Below, piece after piece: positions 36,462 through 44,274 of a stretch of DNA of 52,634 nucleotides; within the stretch, counting starts at the first letter, position 1, and each line of letters begins with the position of its first letter. The stretch comes from a virus. The stretch lies in the IMG/VR virus record IMGVR_UViG_3300029487_000014. One strand, 5' to 3'. The translations under genes were made by a program, and so were the position numbers. A model generated the notes under the pieces. That model searched no databases. It was not told the origin of the DNA and worked only from the letters and a program-made list of their open reading frames with translations.

Positions 36462-36557
36462 ATTATTTATGTTTTTAATGTTAATACTACCGAGCAGCTA
36501 CCCTTAACTTGCATCGAATTACCTGTATTTTTGCTTCGAATTAACTTCTCCACAGTG

Positions 36558-36714
36558 CGAATATACTAAATTTCTTTATAAGCTGTACCGTTTTTAACAT
36601 TTTTTATATAGGTATTTTTTATCTCATATTCTCGTATTATGTTTATTCAAGGCTTATGATTTAATCATTCATATATAATTAGAAGCCTAGAAATTACGAG
36701 AATAATGCGAGAAT
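36558..36714. promoter_or_regulatory. Intergenic control region: TATATTCG box (36558-36565, minus sense), ACGAGAAT on the minus strand (36628-36635), and ACGAGAAT plus GCGAGAAT in tandem on the plus strand (36696-36703, 36707-36714)
   Basis: Read directly from the 253-bp gap between the terminase operon and the head operon. Confidence 0.5.
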
Positions 36715-36927
36715 TTAATCTTTTATCACCTTATAGCCTCTTTTTTGGAAAAATTCATCCATTACATAATAGCTACACTTATTTCTGCCGTTAATTATGG
36801 CTTTATCTTTTTTAACACACCATCTTGTAACTTTAGGCGCTCCAGTGTAATATAGACATTTATTATGTAAACAGCTTGCACAACACATGTTTGCCTTAAC
36901 TCCATTCGGGCTTATCATCTTTTCCAT
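36715..36927 (-). CDS. Small Cys-rich protein (possible zinc-binding)
   Basis: 70 aa with CCASCLHNKC...WC...NKC. Confidence 0.5.
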   Translation of the reverse strand: MEKMISPNGVKANMCCASCLHNKCLYYTGAPKVTRWCVKKDKAIINGRNKCSYYVMDEFFQKRGYKVIKD

Positions 36928-36928
36928 A

Positions 36929-39652
36929 CTAGTTTCTCAATAATATTTTCTTCCTTCCAGCTTTTCTACTATGCATTTCTACTACTCCAGTTAATGCATC
37001 TGGTGCATCATCATGAGCAGCCCTTCGCTTATTATCTTTACGATAAGTTGTAATAGCATTATAGAATTCACGCCATTTTTTATCCCAATTTTCTGGAAAC
37101 GCTACATCTGAGTTAACAAGAGCTGAATTTGAAAAAATACGAGCAGCTTTATTTTTTGTCTGCGTAAAAGTATTTATGGCTGTTTTGAAATTATGCAAAG
37201 TAGCTCTTGTAATGCGCTTTACATTTCTAGCAAACTGCCTACCACCATTATTGGACTCTATCAGACATTCTGTTATACTATTTTCTGTGAGCATTTTAGC
37301 CAACATTACTTCAGTTTTTTCCATGGGCAGTTGTGTATATAGCACATCAATTACATATAGCATTTCTGGAGTATTTATAAAGCAAATTGCACATAAATAA
37401 TCAGAGCCAGTATCAGCTGTATCAACGTAACACCATCTTTGATTAGCTTTAGAGCCTGATGGCAATTCTATATTTTGATATGTTCTAAACTCGTGATACA
37501 TAAGGCCCTCAGTAGGAATTGGATTTTGCATATACTGCGTCTCAAATACTACCGGGTTAATCTCTCGTAGTTTATATAGCTCCTCAAGATTGTGCTTCAT
37601 TGGCCAAAGAGCATATTCTTCTCCTGTCTCAGGGTCTGTTTGTATAACTGGAAGTGATAAAACAGTCCATGTATCTGGCTCTATTTCTTGTAAATAACCA
37701 CAGAGGTCATGCTCGTGTAATCTTTGCATTATAATAATGATAGGTGTCCTGCGCGAGTTAACACGATTACGTATTGTATTTTCGAAACGCTGATTTATGC
37801 GCTCTCGTATAAGGTCGGATGCTGCATCGTCGGCTTTCAGAGGGTCATCAATCATAATTGCGCCTTGAAATATATTAGTTTTAGCATCTATCATTTTAAG
37901 CATTTCATTTGTATGGTCATCAAATACAAATATATCATTGCCTCCATCCATTTTATCTATTTCTTCATCTACTGCTCCAGCACCAAAGCCTGTAACCTGA
38001 CCTTGTGTTGACACTGCATAGAGTTCTCCGCCTGCTTTAGTTTTCCATCTCTTAGCTGACCCTTTCTCAGATGCAAGAGCTGAATTAGGAAAGAGCGTTT
38101 TATATAATTCTTCGCTCATTATATTACGCACAGTATCTGAATTATCATTTACAAGTATATCTGAATAAGATAGATGCAGAAATCTGCATCGCGGGTTTAA
38201 GGCGAAGCACCATGATATAAACGACTTAATAACTAATTCTGTATTGTGCGATACGAGCCCATTGGCTATAAAATTTTTATCGCCAGATACTTCAATATGA
38301 ACTAATTCATGCTTTCCTACTTCTTCTATACTAACAATTTCATCAGGATAGAAATCTTCAGCCCAATATCTCGTAAGGTTATCAGGAAAAATTTCCACTA
38401 ATTCTCTAAATGTATCTTCTGACATATTCCTATTTGGCCCAACTGATTTATACCCTAAATCAAAGTGTATCATTTTGTAAAGGCCTTCATTCTTTATTAT
38501 AGAATACGGGTATGTGCATGTACGTTCTATTTTAGAAGGCTGTAAAATGTATTCTTTTGCTTTATCTGCTTTTCCATAAAAATTCAAATGTGGATATAAT
38601 TTTTGAGAATATCTTCTTGATATTGCAACATTCCATATACCAGCTTTTTCATTTTCATAAAATCCTAAAGTTGATGGAATTTTCATAGTAGATAACAGAT
38701 ATTGAATATCCTCAGCAAGTCCTTTGTTTGCTAGGCCTATAGACAACTGACCATTCTTTTTTATAGTACCATCTGTTGCTATCATCATTCCTAAAAACAC
38801 ATATTTTTGTCGCATAGAAGTACTAAATATTCCTAATGGGATTCTTTTAGTATAAGAGCTATTTCCAACTAATTTATGCTTTATTAAAATGTTATTTATT
38901 ACGCCATTAGTTCCGCCTAATATGGTATATTGACAATCTGCGGTACAAGAATAATGTTTGGCCTCACCTCCGAGTTCATTAACAGCCTTTATAACAGCAT
39001 TTACCGCTAATTTATCTATGTTAGTAAATCCTAATTTACCAGATTTTGTACAACATCCGTCAAACAGCATCATTGATATTAGTATAATCTCCGCGTCTGA
39101 TAATGTTTCGACGCCGTCTAACTCTTTTTTTAATGCAAATATCCTATCTCCAATTTTAAGCCTATTAGATTTTACATACCCGAACGGTGTTCTCCAAGGA
39201 TGGTCAATACTGCATACAACTGACCGACCTGACCTCATAGTAATTTCATAGCAGTCTTTATATGCCGGCTCAGTAGCAATAACACTATTAACAACCGCTC
39301 TACCATCTTTGAATGATAGCACTTTATCTCCTGGCAGTATATCAGCTATTTTTTTTCGCTCACCTGTAGCAAGCGTAATAAGGGTATCTTTACTAACGCA
39401 TTTCCCGTATCTGGGAGCTATATTAATAATAAGACGTGTAATTTTACCATCCACGACATCTTGCAAGGCTTCAAATATCTTTTTGTGGTGCTTGGCAACG
39501 ATAAATGAGCGCTTATATTGAGCCTTAAACATTAGTTTAGTATACTTTTCAAATGACGTAAGAGCTTCAAGACGTAACATTTCTACAGGATTTACGGCTC
39601 CGGGCTTTGTTGCATCTAATGCTATTTCTTGCATTTCTTTAAGTGACTTCAT
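36929..39652 (-). CDS. terL: Terminase large subunit interrupted by an intein
   Basis: Extein motifs: the Walker A APRYGK|T is split by the intein, Walker B is IMIDDPLK, and the nuclease motifs are CYVDTADTGSDY, ESNNGG and AAHDDAPDAL. Confidence 0.9.
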   Translation of the reverse strand: MKSLKEMQEIALDATKPGAVNPVEMLRLEALTSFEKYTKLMFKAQYKRSFIVAKHHKKIFEALQDVVDGKITRLIINIAPRYGKCVSKDTLITLATGERKKIADILPGDKVLSFKDGRAVVNSVIATEPAYKDCYEITMRSGRSVVCSIDHPWRTPFGYVKSNRLKIGDRIFALKKELDGVETLSDAEIILISMMLFDGCCTKSGKLGFTNIDKLAVNAVIKAVNELGGEAKHYSCTADCQYTILGGTNGVINNILIKHKLVGNSSYTKRIPLGIFSTSMRQKYVFLGMMIATDGTIKKNGQLSIGLANKGLAEDIQYLLSTMKIPSTLGFYENEKAGIWNVAISRRYSQKLYPHLNFYGKADKAKEYILQPSKIERTCTYPYSIIKNEGLYKMIHFDLGYKSVGPNRNMSEDTFRELVEIFPDNLTRYWAEDFYPDEIVSIEEVGKHELVHIEVSGDKNFIANGLVSHNTELVIKSFISWCFALNPRCRFLHLSYSDILVNDNSDTVRNIMSEELYKTLFPNSALASEKGSAKRWKTKAGGELYAVSTQGQVTGFGAGAVDEEIDKMDGGNDIFVFDDHTNEMLKMIDAKTNIFQGAIMIDDPLKADDAASDLIRERINQRFENTIRNRVNSRRTPIIIIMQRLHEHDLCGYLQEIEPDTWTVLSLPVIQTDPETGEEYALWPMKHNLEELYKLREINPVVFETQYMQNPIPTEGLMYHEFRTYQNIELPSGSKANQRWCYVDTADTGSDYLCAICFINTPEMLYVIDVLYTQLPMEKTEVMLAKMLTENSITECLIESNNGGRQFARNVKRITRATLHNFKTAINTFTQTKNKAARIFSNSALVNSDVAFPENWDKKWREFYNAITTYRKDNKRRAAHDDAPDALTGVVEMHSRKAGRKKILLRN
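38243..39400 (-). mobile_element. Intein (386 aa) with a LAGLIDADG homing-endonuclease domain, inserted in the TerL P-loop
   Basis: It starts at Cys85 (GK/CVSKDTLITL) and ends in VSHN/T. Block B is SIDH. The LAGLIDADG motifs are ILISMMLFDGCC and FLGMMIATDGTI. The TGC codon is at 39398-39400 and the AAT (Asn) codon at 38243-38245. Confidence 0.9.
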
Positions 39653-39665
39653 TGTTATATTTTTA

Positions 39666-40454
39666 TTATTTAATTAAAGTATCACGTATCAAAATATATG
39701 CTTCTCTTGACACCGGTTGATTTGGTATTATTCCTGTTTGGAGTTGTTGCTGCTCAGGTAGATTAAGCTGCATAGGTCCTTTACCAAATATTCTATCCCA
39801 TAATTTTTCTATAGTTTCAATGTTACCTAGCTTTTCGTCTTCAATAAGGCGCTTAATTACAGTCTTTATTACAACCGGCACTTTCTTATTAGTCATTAAG
39901 GCTTGTAGCTGCGAGTGGTTACATGTTAATAAACAAGCCAATAAATTAGCCGTGTCTTGCTTTGTAAGCTGAACACTTAAATTGATATTAAGGCTAGTAA
40001 GAAGTTTTGTTATTTCAGGTCTTGATGCTCCTTGTAACTGAAGTGCTGAGCGTATAGCTGATGAATATGAACCTCTGCCCGAGTCATGACGTTCTGCTAA
40101 CTCAGTTGCTTTAAGCGGCTCTACAGTCTGAGCCTCAAGTGCCTCAATAGCCTCAACTCGTTTTTGCTGCTCCGCGATACGTTTGGCTTGAAACTCAGTT
40201 TGACCATCTGGTATTTCTTCCATGCCAAGCTCTTCTGCTAATGATTGACGCTTTTCTTGTTTAACTTGAAGATTTTTAAGCTTCTGCTTTTCAAGATACT
40301 TAATACGAGCCAATTCCTTTGCATCTTGTTTTGATTTAATGCGCGTGGCCTCTTGTTCTACAAGCTTAGATGTATCTGGATTAGACATCCCAGGAACTAT
40401 TGGCCTGTTTGGCAATATATCTGCTAATTTCTGTGCTATTTTATCTGTTTTCAT
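39666..40454 (-). CDS. Probable terminase small subunit (call from position only)
   Basis: 262-aa ORF directly upstream of terL, with a coiled-coil centre. Confidence 0.4.
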   Translation of the reverse strand: MKTDKIAQKLADILPNRPIVPGMSNPDTSKLVEQEATRIKSKQDAKELARIKYLEKQKLKNLQVKQEKRQSLAEELGMEEIPDGQTEFQAKRIAEQQKRVEAIEALEAQTVEPLKATELAERHDSGRGSYSSAIRSALQLQGASRPEITKLLTSLNINLSVQLTKQDTANLLACLLTCNHSQLQALMTNKKVPVVIKTVIKRLIEDEKLGNIETIEKLWDRIFGKGPMQLNLPEQQQLQTGIIPNQPVSREAYILIRDTLIK

Positions 40455-40468
40455 ATCAATTTTGATTT

Positions 40469-41077
40469 TTATTTTCTATATGTATCTAAAGGATTTACAT
40501 AACACCATTCAAATCCATAGGCAGTATGCAATGAGCCTCTGCAACAAGCTGTGATATTGCTTGGTTTTCCACCAATTGCTTCTGCAGCTTCTTTTGCAGA
40601 ATTAAACATTGTTGATTTTCCTGTTTTTCTATCTATGCGATATACTGGTTTGCATAGGCTAAAAGAATGCATATCTGGATTTGCTATTAACAATTCTTCT
40701 ATTACTTTTTTCTCTTCTTGGCTCTTAGCACATGAAAGATTTATTTGATTATAGCCATAGGGTATAAATGCTTTATTGGCTGTTATTGTTTTATACTTTA
40801 GTGAGAAAAGTCGTTTTAAATTAAATATATTACTATCTATTAATCCAACTGTTATATATTTACTTTCTCTTATAGCTTGGCTTATTGAGCTATTGCCTGT
40901 TGGCGAATAGTCATCAAAAGCGTTAAGTATAAAAGATGTTACTGCACTTATGACTGTCCTGTTAAGAACGTGTCCTACATATAGCCTGTTATCTTTTTCG
41001 AATTCAATCGTAAATATTGCGTATTTGGCATTTACGTTGTCAGGCATATCCACCTTATAGTTATTTATCAGTACCAT
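40469..41077 (-). CDS. Free-standing GIY-YIG-like homing endonuclease with a C-terminal NUMOD/IENR-like DNA-binding module
   Basis: KYAIFTIEFEKDNRLYVGH is GIY-x9-YIG-like. The C-terminus reads VYRIDRKTGKSTMFNSAKEAAEAIGGKPSNITACCRGSLHTAYGFEWCY. Confidence 0.6.
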   Translation of the reverse strand: MVLINNYKVDMPDNVNAKYAIFTIEFEKDNRLYVGHVLNRTVISAVTSFILNAFDDYSPTGNSSISQAIRESKYITVGLIDSNIFNLKRLFSLKYKTITANKAFIPYGYNQINLSCAKSQEEKKVIEELLIANPDMHSFSLCKPVYRIDRKTGKSTMFNSAKEAAEAIGGKPSNITACCRGSLHTAYGFEWCYVNPLDTYRK

Positions 41078-41098
41078 TTTGTATTATTATTGTTTTTG

Positions 41099-41140
41099 CA
41101 AATATACTAATTACTTTGCAAAGTAAAAAATATATCTAAA
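41099..41140 (-). promoter_or_regulatory. Promoter of the leftward late/packaging series (-7 box TATATTTG at 41099-41106)
   Basis: The minus-sense sequence reads TAATTAGTATATTTGCAAAAAC, about 20 nt upstream of the ATG at 41077. Confidence 0.6.
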
Positions 41141-41216
41141 ATAAAAAATTTACTATTTTCATGCAAAAATTTCTGCATAAATAAATAAAACTTTTTCTTG
41201 TTTCTTTTATAGACTG

Positions 41217-41417
41217 TTGATTTTCAATTATATAAGTTACTACGGAAACAAAGAAATTGCGAGAATTTTTTTCTTCTATATACCCTTTTTTTAAAAAAGC
41301 CTATCTATATTAATATATACTAGCTAATATAAATAACAATTCTATATTTTTATTTTGTGCTCCATATAAATTTCTTTGTTTATCTTGTTTATTTATATCT
41401 AATTCATTGAAAATCAA
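41217..41417. repeat. Nested inverted repeats: outer TTGATTTTCAAT / ATTGAAAATCAA (41217-41228 / 41406-41417) and inner AAACAAAGAAAT / ATTTCTTTGTTT (41246-41257 / 41370-41381)
   Basis: Read directly. The geometry and sequence blocks are homologous to the 12079-12223 locus. Confidence 0.8.
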
Positions 41418-41611
41418 TCACTTATCGAGAAACAATCTGTTGTTTATATTGTTTATATTGTTTATACTGCGAGAATGTCATTTTGCCAATTCCCTATTAA
41501 GTCTAAGGGTCTAAATTGATATTTGCGAGAATATATGTGAGAATGAAAATTTATGAGCCTCTGGGCCTTGTTCATACTTATATTATGATTTGTTAGCCAG
41601 TTTGCGAGAAT
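41259..41611 (+). promoter_or_regulatory. Five same-orientation GAGAAT boxes: GCGAGAAT at 41259, 41469, 41525 and 41604, and GTGAGAAT at 41537
   Basis: Each is preceded by T(T)/K. Contexts: aaattGCGAGAATtttt, atactGCGAGAATgtca, atttGCGAGAATatat, agtttGCGAGAATgatt. Confidence 0.6.
41441..41467. repeat. Three tandem 9-mers: TGTTTATAT TGTTTATAT TGTTTATAC (iteron-like)
   Basis: Read directly. Followed immediately by a GCGAGAAT box. Confidence 0.85.
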
Positions 41612-41755
41612 GATTTGAAGCCAAAAAATTTTTCTGCCTATGGGCATGGCTCTATATACTATATATAAGGGGCACCCAGGCACTGCGGCAGGGGCCTAAT
41701 TTCCACACAGGCAAAATTTTCAAAATATAAAAATTTATTTGGTTAAAAAGCATTA

Positions 41756-41942
41756 AGCCTGACAGCCTAATTCGTTAATTATGGTTTAATTCGTTAAAGT
41801 TCTATAAGGCTATCAGCCTGTTAACGACTCTTAACTAAAATAATTTTCAGGTTCCAAACCATTTACAGGCTCATAGCCTCTCCTCCAACAAGGTTTAACG
41901 AAAATTTAACACTTCCTAACCAAATATATTTTCAGGTTCCAA
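41756..41942. promoter_or_regulatory. Operator-like repeat field: AGGCT-N3-AGCCT palindromes (41807-41819, 41867-41879; related AGCCTGACAGCCT at 41756-41768), TAATTCGTTAA twice (41768-41778, 41788-41798), and ATTTTCAGGTTCCAA twice (41843-41857, 41928-41942)
   Basis: All repeats were read directly in the 1.1-kb divergent intergenic region. Confidence 0.6.
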
Positions 41943-42079
41943 TTATTTTATTAGCTGACAGGTATAAAATTATTATTTTAATTTATTAACGAAACAACCA
42001 GGAAATTTAATACGATTTAACCCGTAAAATTTTTATATGTTATTTATTTTACAGGCAAAAAAATTTCCAAAAAAAATCA

Positions 42080-42125
42080 TGAAAAATTTTTCTGATTCAA
42101 AAATTATTTGTATATTTACATATCG
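42080..42125 (+). promoter_or_regulatory. Rightward promoter P1 (-7 box TATATTTA at 42111-42118; upstream TTTTTCTGATTCAAA block)
   Basis: Near match to TAnnTTTG. It is duplicated as P2, which has the same upstream block. Confidence 0.5.
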
Positions 42126-42199
42126 GAAATAATGAACGAAATAAATCAAAATCTGGAAACAAAAATTAACAGATACAGATTGAAAATTTAACATAAAAA

Positions 42200-42240
42200 G
42201 TTTTTCCGATTCAAATAAAATGAGTATATTTACAATATAA
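42200..42240 (+). promoter_or_regulatory. Rightward promoter P2 (-7 box TATATTTA at 42225-42232; upstream TTTTTCCGATTCAAA block)
   Basis: Paralogue of P1, about 30 nt upstream of the ATG at 42261. Confidence 0.5.
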
Positions 42241-42260
42241 ATAATAAAACAATAAAGAAT

Positions 42261-42434
42261 ATGACACAGTTAGAAAAATTCTTGTTCGAATTATCATTCG
42301 GAGAAATTAAAAAAATTCGTGATTATATGTTAAAAAGGTATCACGTATATTGTGGCTCAATGGAAAAGCTGGCGAGAGAAATAGACGAGAGAATACCGGA
42401 GCCGCTTGAAGAACTGTACGAAGTGCTCGCATAA
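42261..42434 (+). CDS. Hypothetical early protein (57 aa; below the ORF-track cutoff)
   Basis: Manual translation MTQLEKFLFELSFGEIKKIRDYMLKRYHVYCGSMEKLAREIDERIPEPLEELYEVLA. Confidence 0.5.
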   Translation: MTQLEKFLFELSFGEIKKIRDYMLKRYHVYCGSMEKLAREIDERIPEPLEELYEVLA

Positions 42435-42444
42435 CAGGAGAACA

Positions 42445-42499
42445 TCCCGGGCGGGAGAATGGCCGTAATGGCATCAGTGGCTCAACTCCACTGCCGGGA
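42445..42499 (+). promoter_or_regulatory. Structured intergenic element A (base stem TCCCGG/CCGGGA; 3'-adjacent hairpin CAGTGG-CTCAACT-CCACTG)
   Basis: Hand folding. Same architecture as elements B and C. Ends 31 nt before the ATG at 42531. Confidence 0.55.
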
Positions 42500-42530
42500 A
42501 CAAGAGAATTAACAATAAAAATTTACAGCA

Positions 42531-42887
42531 ATGAAAGTAAACAGAAATTACCGTTTCGTATTGACGAACATTCCAAACAGCATGTTGGAAACAGGAGAAG
42601 TAAGAATTGACAACGAGGAAGTAACCGGCGAGAGAATGTTTGCCAGTGAATGCCACTACTATGCCGAAAAAAATATCCTCGAGTGTATCAAGGACGCAGC
42701 AAAACGCGACGACTTGCGCGGCTACTACGAACACACTTACTGTATCTACAAAGAGGACAAACCGAAAAAGGAGACAGTAGAGCGTGAAGAGGACGGCAAG
42801 AAAATTACCGAGACAAGAGAAATACCTGGCAAGGCAATGCTGGTTGAGGTAATTACAGTAGACGAGAACGGCATAAACATTCGCTAA
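42531..42887 (+). CDS. Hypothetical early protein
   Basis: 118-aa ORF preceded by the conserved leader AAAAATTTACAGCA. Confidence 0.65.
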   Translation: MKVNRNYRFVLTNIPNSMLETGEVRIDNEEVTGERMFASECHYYAEKNILECIKDAAKRDDLRGYYEHTYCIYKEDKPKKETVEREEDGKKITETREIPGKAMLVEVITVDENGINIR

Positions 42888-42904
42888 ACGAATGGCCGTT
42901 CGCC

Positions 42905-42943
42905 CCCGGGTTGGACGTACAGGAGTTCGACTCTCCTGCCGGG
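42905..42943 (+). promoter_or_regulatory. Structured intergenic element B (base stem CCCGG/CCGGG; T-arm-like hairpin CAGGAG-TTCGACT-CTCCTG)
   Basis: Hand folding. The 7-nt loop TTCGACT matches the tRNA T-loop pattern. Ends 28 nt before the ATG at 42972. Confidence 0.6.
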
Positions 42944-42971
42944 CACTATAACAAATCTAAAAATTACAGTT

Positions 42972-43346
42972 ATGACAAAGAACTATTACAGGAGTGAGTA
43001 CTCTGACAAACAGTGGAAAGCCTTAATCGACAAGGCCACGGAACTGGGTTGCCAGATAACTTATAGCAAGTACGGCAACATAGTAACAATCGACAGCACA
43101 GACCGGAAGAGCTTAATAATAGCTCAAACCGGGAGAGGCGGACAGGACAGAGTCGTATTGGCCGAGAGAATACACGGCGTGATACAGGAGAGCACAGACC
43201 TCAGAACGTGGAAAGTGCAGCCCAAGAGATACCGCAAAGGCTATTGTCCGACTATTTGCAAGAGTCAGAAGTCGGCTGAGCATGAACAGGAGCGTCTCGA
43301 GAGAATGACAGGTTTTGAGTGGACAATAACAGTAATACCAGAATAA
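42972..43346 (+). CDS. Hypothetical early protein
   Basis: 124-aa ORF preceded by the leader CTAAAAATTACAGTT. Confidence 0.65.
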   Translation: MTKNYYRSEYSDKQWKALIDKATELGCQITYSKYGNIVTIDSTDRKSLIIAQTGRGGQDRVVLAERIHGVIQESTDLRTWKVQPKRYRKGYCPTICKSQKSAEHEQERLERMTGFEWTITVIPE

Positions 43347-43347
43347 T

Positions 43348-43578
43348 ATGAAGAAGACAGTTTATTTGTACGTTGAAAGAGACGACAGCGAATACGACTA
43401 TAAAGCCGGATTTGCAAGCTACACTGAGGCAAATGACTATCGGCAAGAACGCCAACGCGGTTGGATGGGTCACTGTGACTATGTGTATCTTTGGACCGGC
43501 TCCGAGAGAATTAACCTCACAAGAATGCCGAAAGACGAGAGAAACAAATTGCTGAAACAGTTTAATATACCGGAATAA
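43348..43578 (+). CDS. Hypothetical early protein
   Basis: 76-aa ORF, 1 nt after the previous stop. Confidence 0.6.
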   Translation: MKKTVYLYVERDDSEYDYKAGFASYTEANDYRQERQRGWMGHCDYVYLWTGSERINLTRMPKDERNKLLKQFNIPE

Positions 43579-43579
43579 T

Positions 43580-43786
43580 ATGAGCAGCAAGAGAACTTAT
43601 ATCGCTACATTCTGGCGTAGCAATCCGCAATTGAAGAATGGCGGTTACTTCACTACAAAGGAATTTCAATCTGTGTCGCTCCAAGGAGCAACAAAACAGG
43701 CTGAGAGATATGCAGCTAGTAATATGTATGGAGGCATGGCAGTAAAAAGTGTTGAACTAAAACAAGAGAACAGCAATGGAAAATAA
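43580..43786 (+). CDS. Hypothetical early protein
   Basis: 68-aa ORF, 1 nt after the previous stop. Confidence 0.6.
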   Translation: MSSKRTYIATFWRSNPQLKNGGYFTTKEFQSVSLQGATKQAERYAASNMYGGMAVKSVELKQENSNGK

Positions 43787-43883
43787 CAAATCGCAGTTCA
43801 AGAGAACAGGAGTTTTGCACAACGGAGCCGAGTGCATTGAGATACAAATTGATGAATATGCAGCAAGAATGAACGTAAAATAA
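43776..43883 (+). CDS. Possible 35-aa protein
   Basis: Manual translation MENNKSQFKRTGVLHNGAECIEIQIDEYAARMNVK. Its start overlaps the previous gene's stop. Confidence 0.35.
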   Translation: MENNKSQFKRTGVLHNGAECIEIQIDEYAARMNVK

Positions 43884-43899
43884 CCAACATTATTTAACG

Positions 43900-43955
43900 A
43901 AAAAAGTTCTTAAAGCAGTAACCAGATTAAAATAAAAGTAGTATATTTGCATATA
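43900..43955 (+). promoter_or_regulatory. Rightward promoter P3 (TATATTTG at 43942-43949; conserved upstream block AAAAAAGTTCTTAAAGCAG at 43900-43918)
   Basis: Exact TAnnTTTG match. The whole module is duplicated as P4. Confidence 0.65.
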
Positions 43956-44002
43956 CTTAAAAAGATATGGCGATAGCCAAAACAACTAAAATTTACAGCA
44001 AT

Positions 44003-44194
44003 ATGGAAACAACAGTTTTTTATGTAGCAGTTGCCTATAACGGCGGTATTTTCAATCCCACAGTTGTGGAGAAGTTTGATAACAAAACAGATGCAGACAG
44101 CTATGCGGCCCTTATGTGTCGCTCAAAGCAACGCCGGTACATTGTACTCGAGCAAGTAACAGAATGGGACGGCACTCCTCAAGAGAATGCATGA
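44003..44194 (+). CDS. Hypothetical early protein (start placed at METTVFYV)
   Basis: The conserved leader CTAAAATTTACAGCAAT abuts the ATG at 44003. The upstream ATG at 43967 would translate through that leader. Confidence 0.6.
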   Translation: METTVFYVAVAYNGGIFNPTVVEKFDNKTDADSYAALMCRSKQRRYIVLEQVTEWDGTPQENA

Positions 44195-44199
44195 CCTTA

Positions 44200-44274
44200 G
44201 CCGCTGCGGAGAGAAACGATATTCGTGGAACAGTATCAAGCGAAGCGGATTTTAGGAGCGACACCTACAGCGGC
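44200..44274 (+). promoter_or_regulatory. Structured intergenic element C (base stem GCCGCTG/CAGCGGC; 3'-adjacent hairpin TAGG-AGCGACA-CCTA)
   Basis: Hand folding. Same layout as A and B. A second hairpin (TTGCT..CGCAA..TTGCG..AGCAA) follows at 44289-44316. Confidence 0.5.

Noticed and set aside
41441-41467. The tandem TGTTTATAT repeats (also at 12270-12296) considered as a CRISPR array.
   Set aside because: The units are only 9 bp long and directly abut each other with no spacers. No cas genes are present. An iteron or operator interpretation fits better.
41462-41683. A 73-aa - strand ORF in the divergent control region.
   Set aside because: It spans the GCGAGAAT boxes and repeat arrays, has no promoter-like context, and its translation looks random. 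The region is better explained as regulatory DNA.
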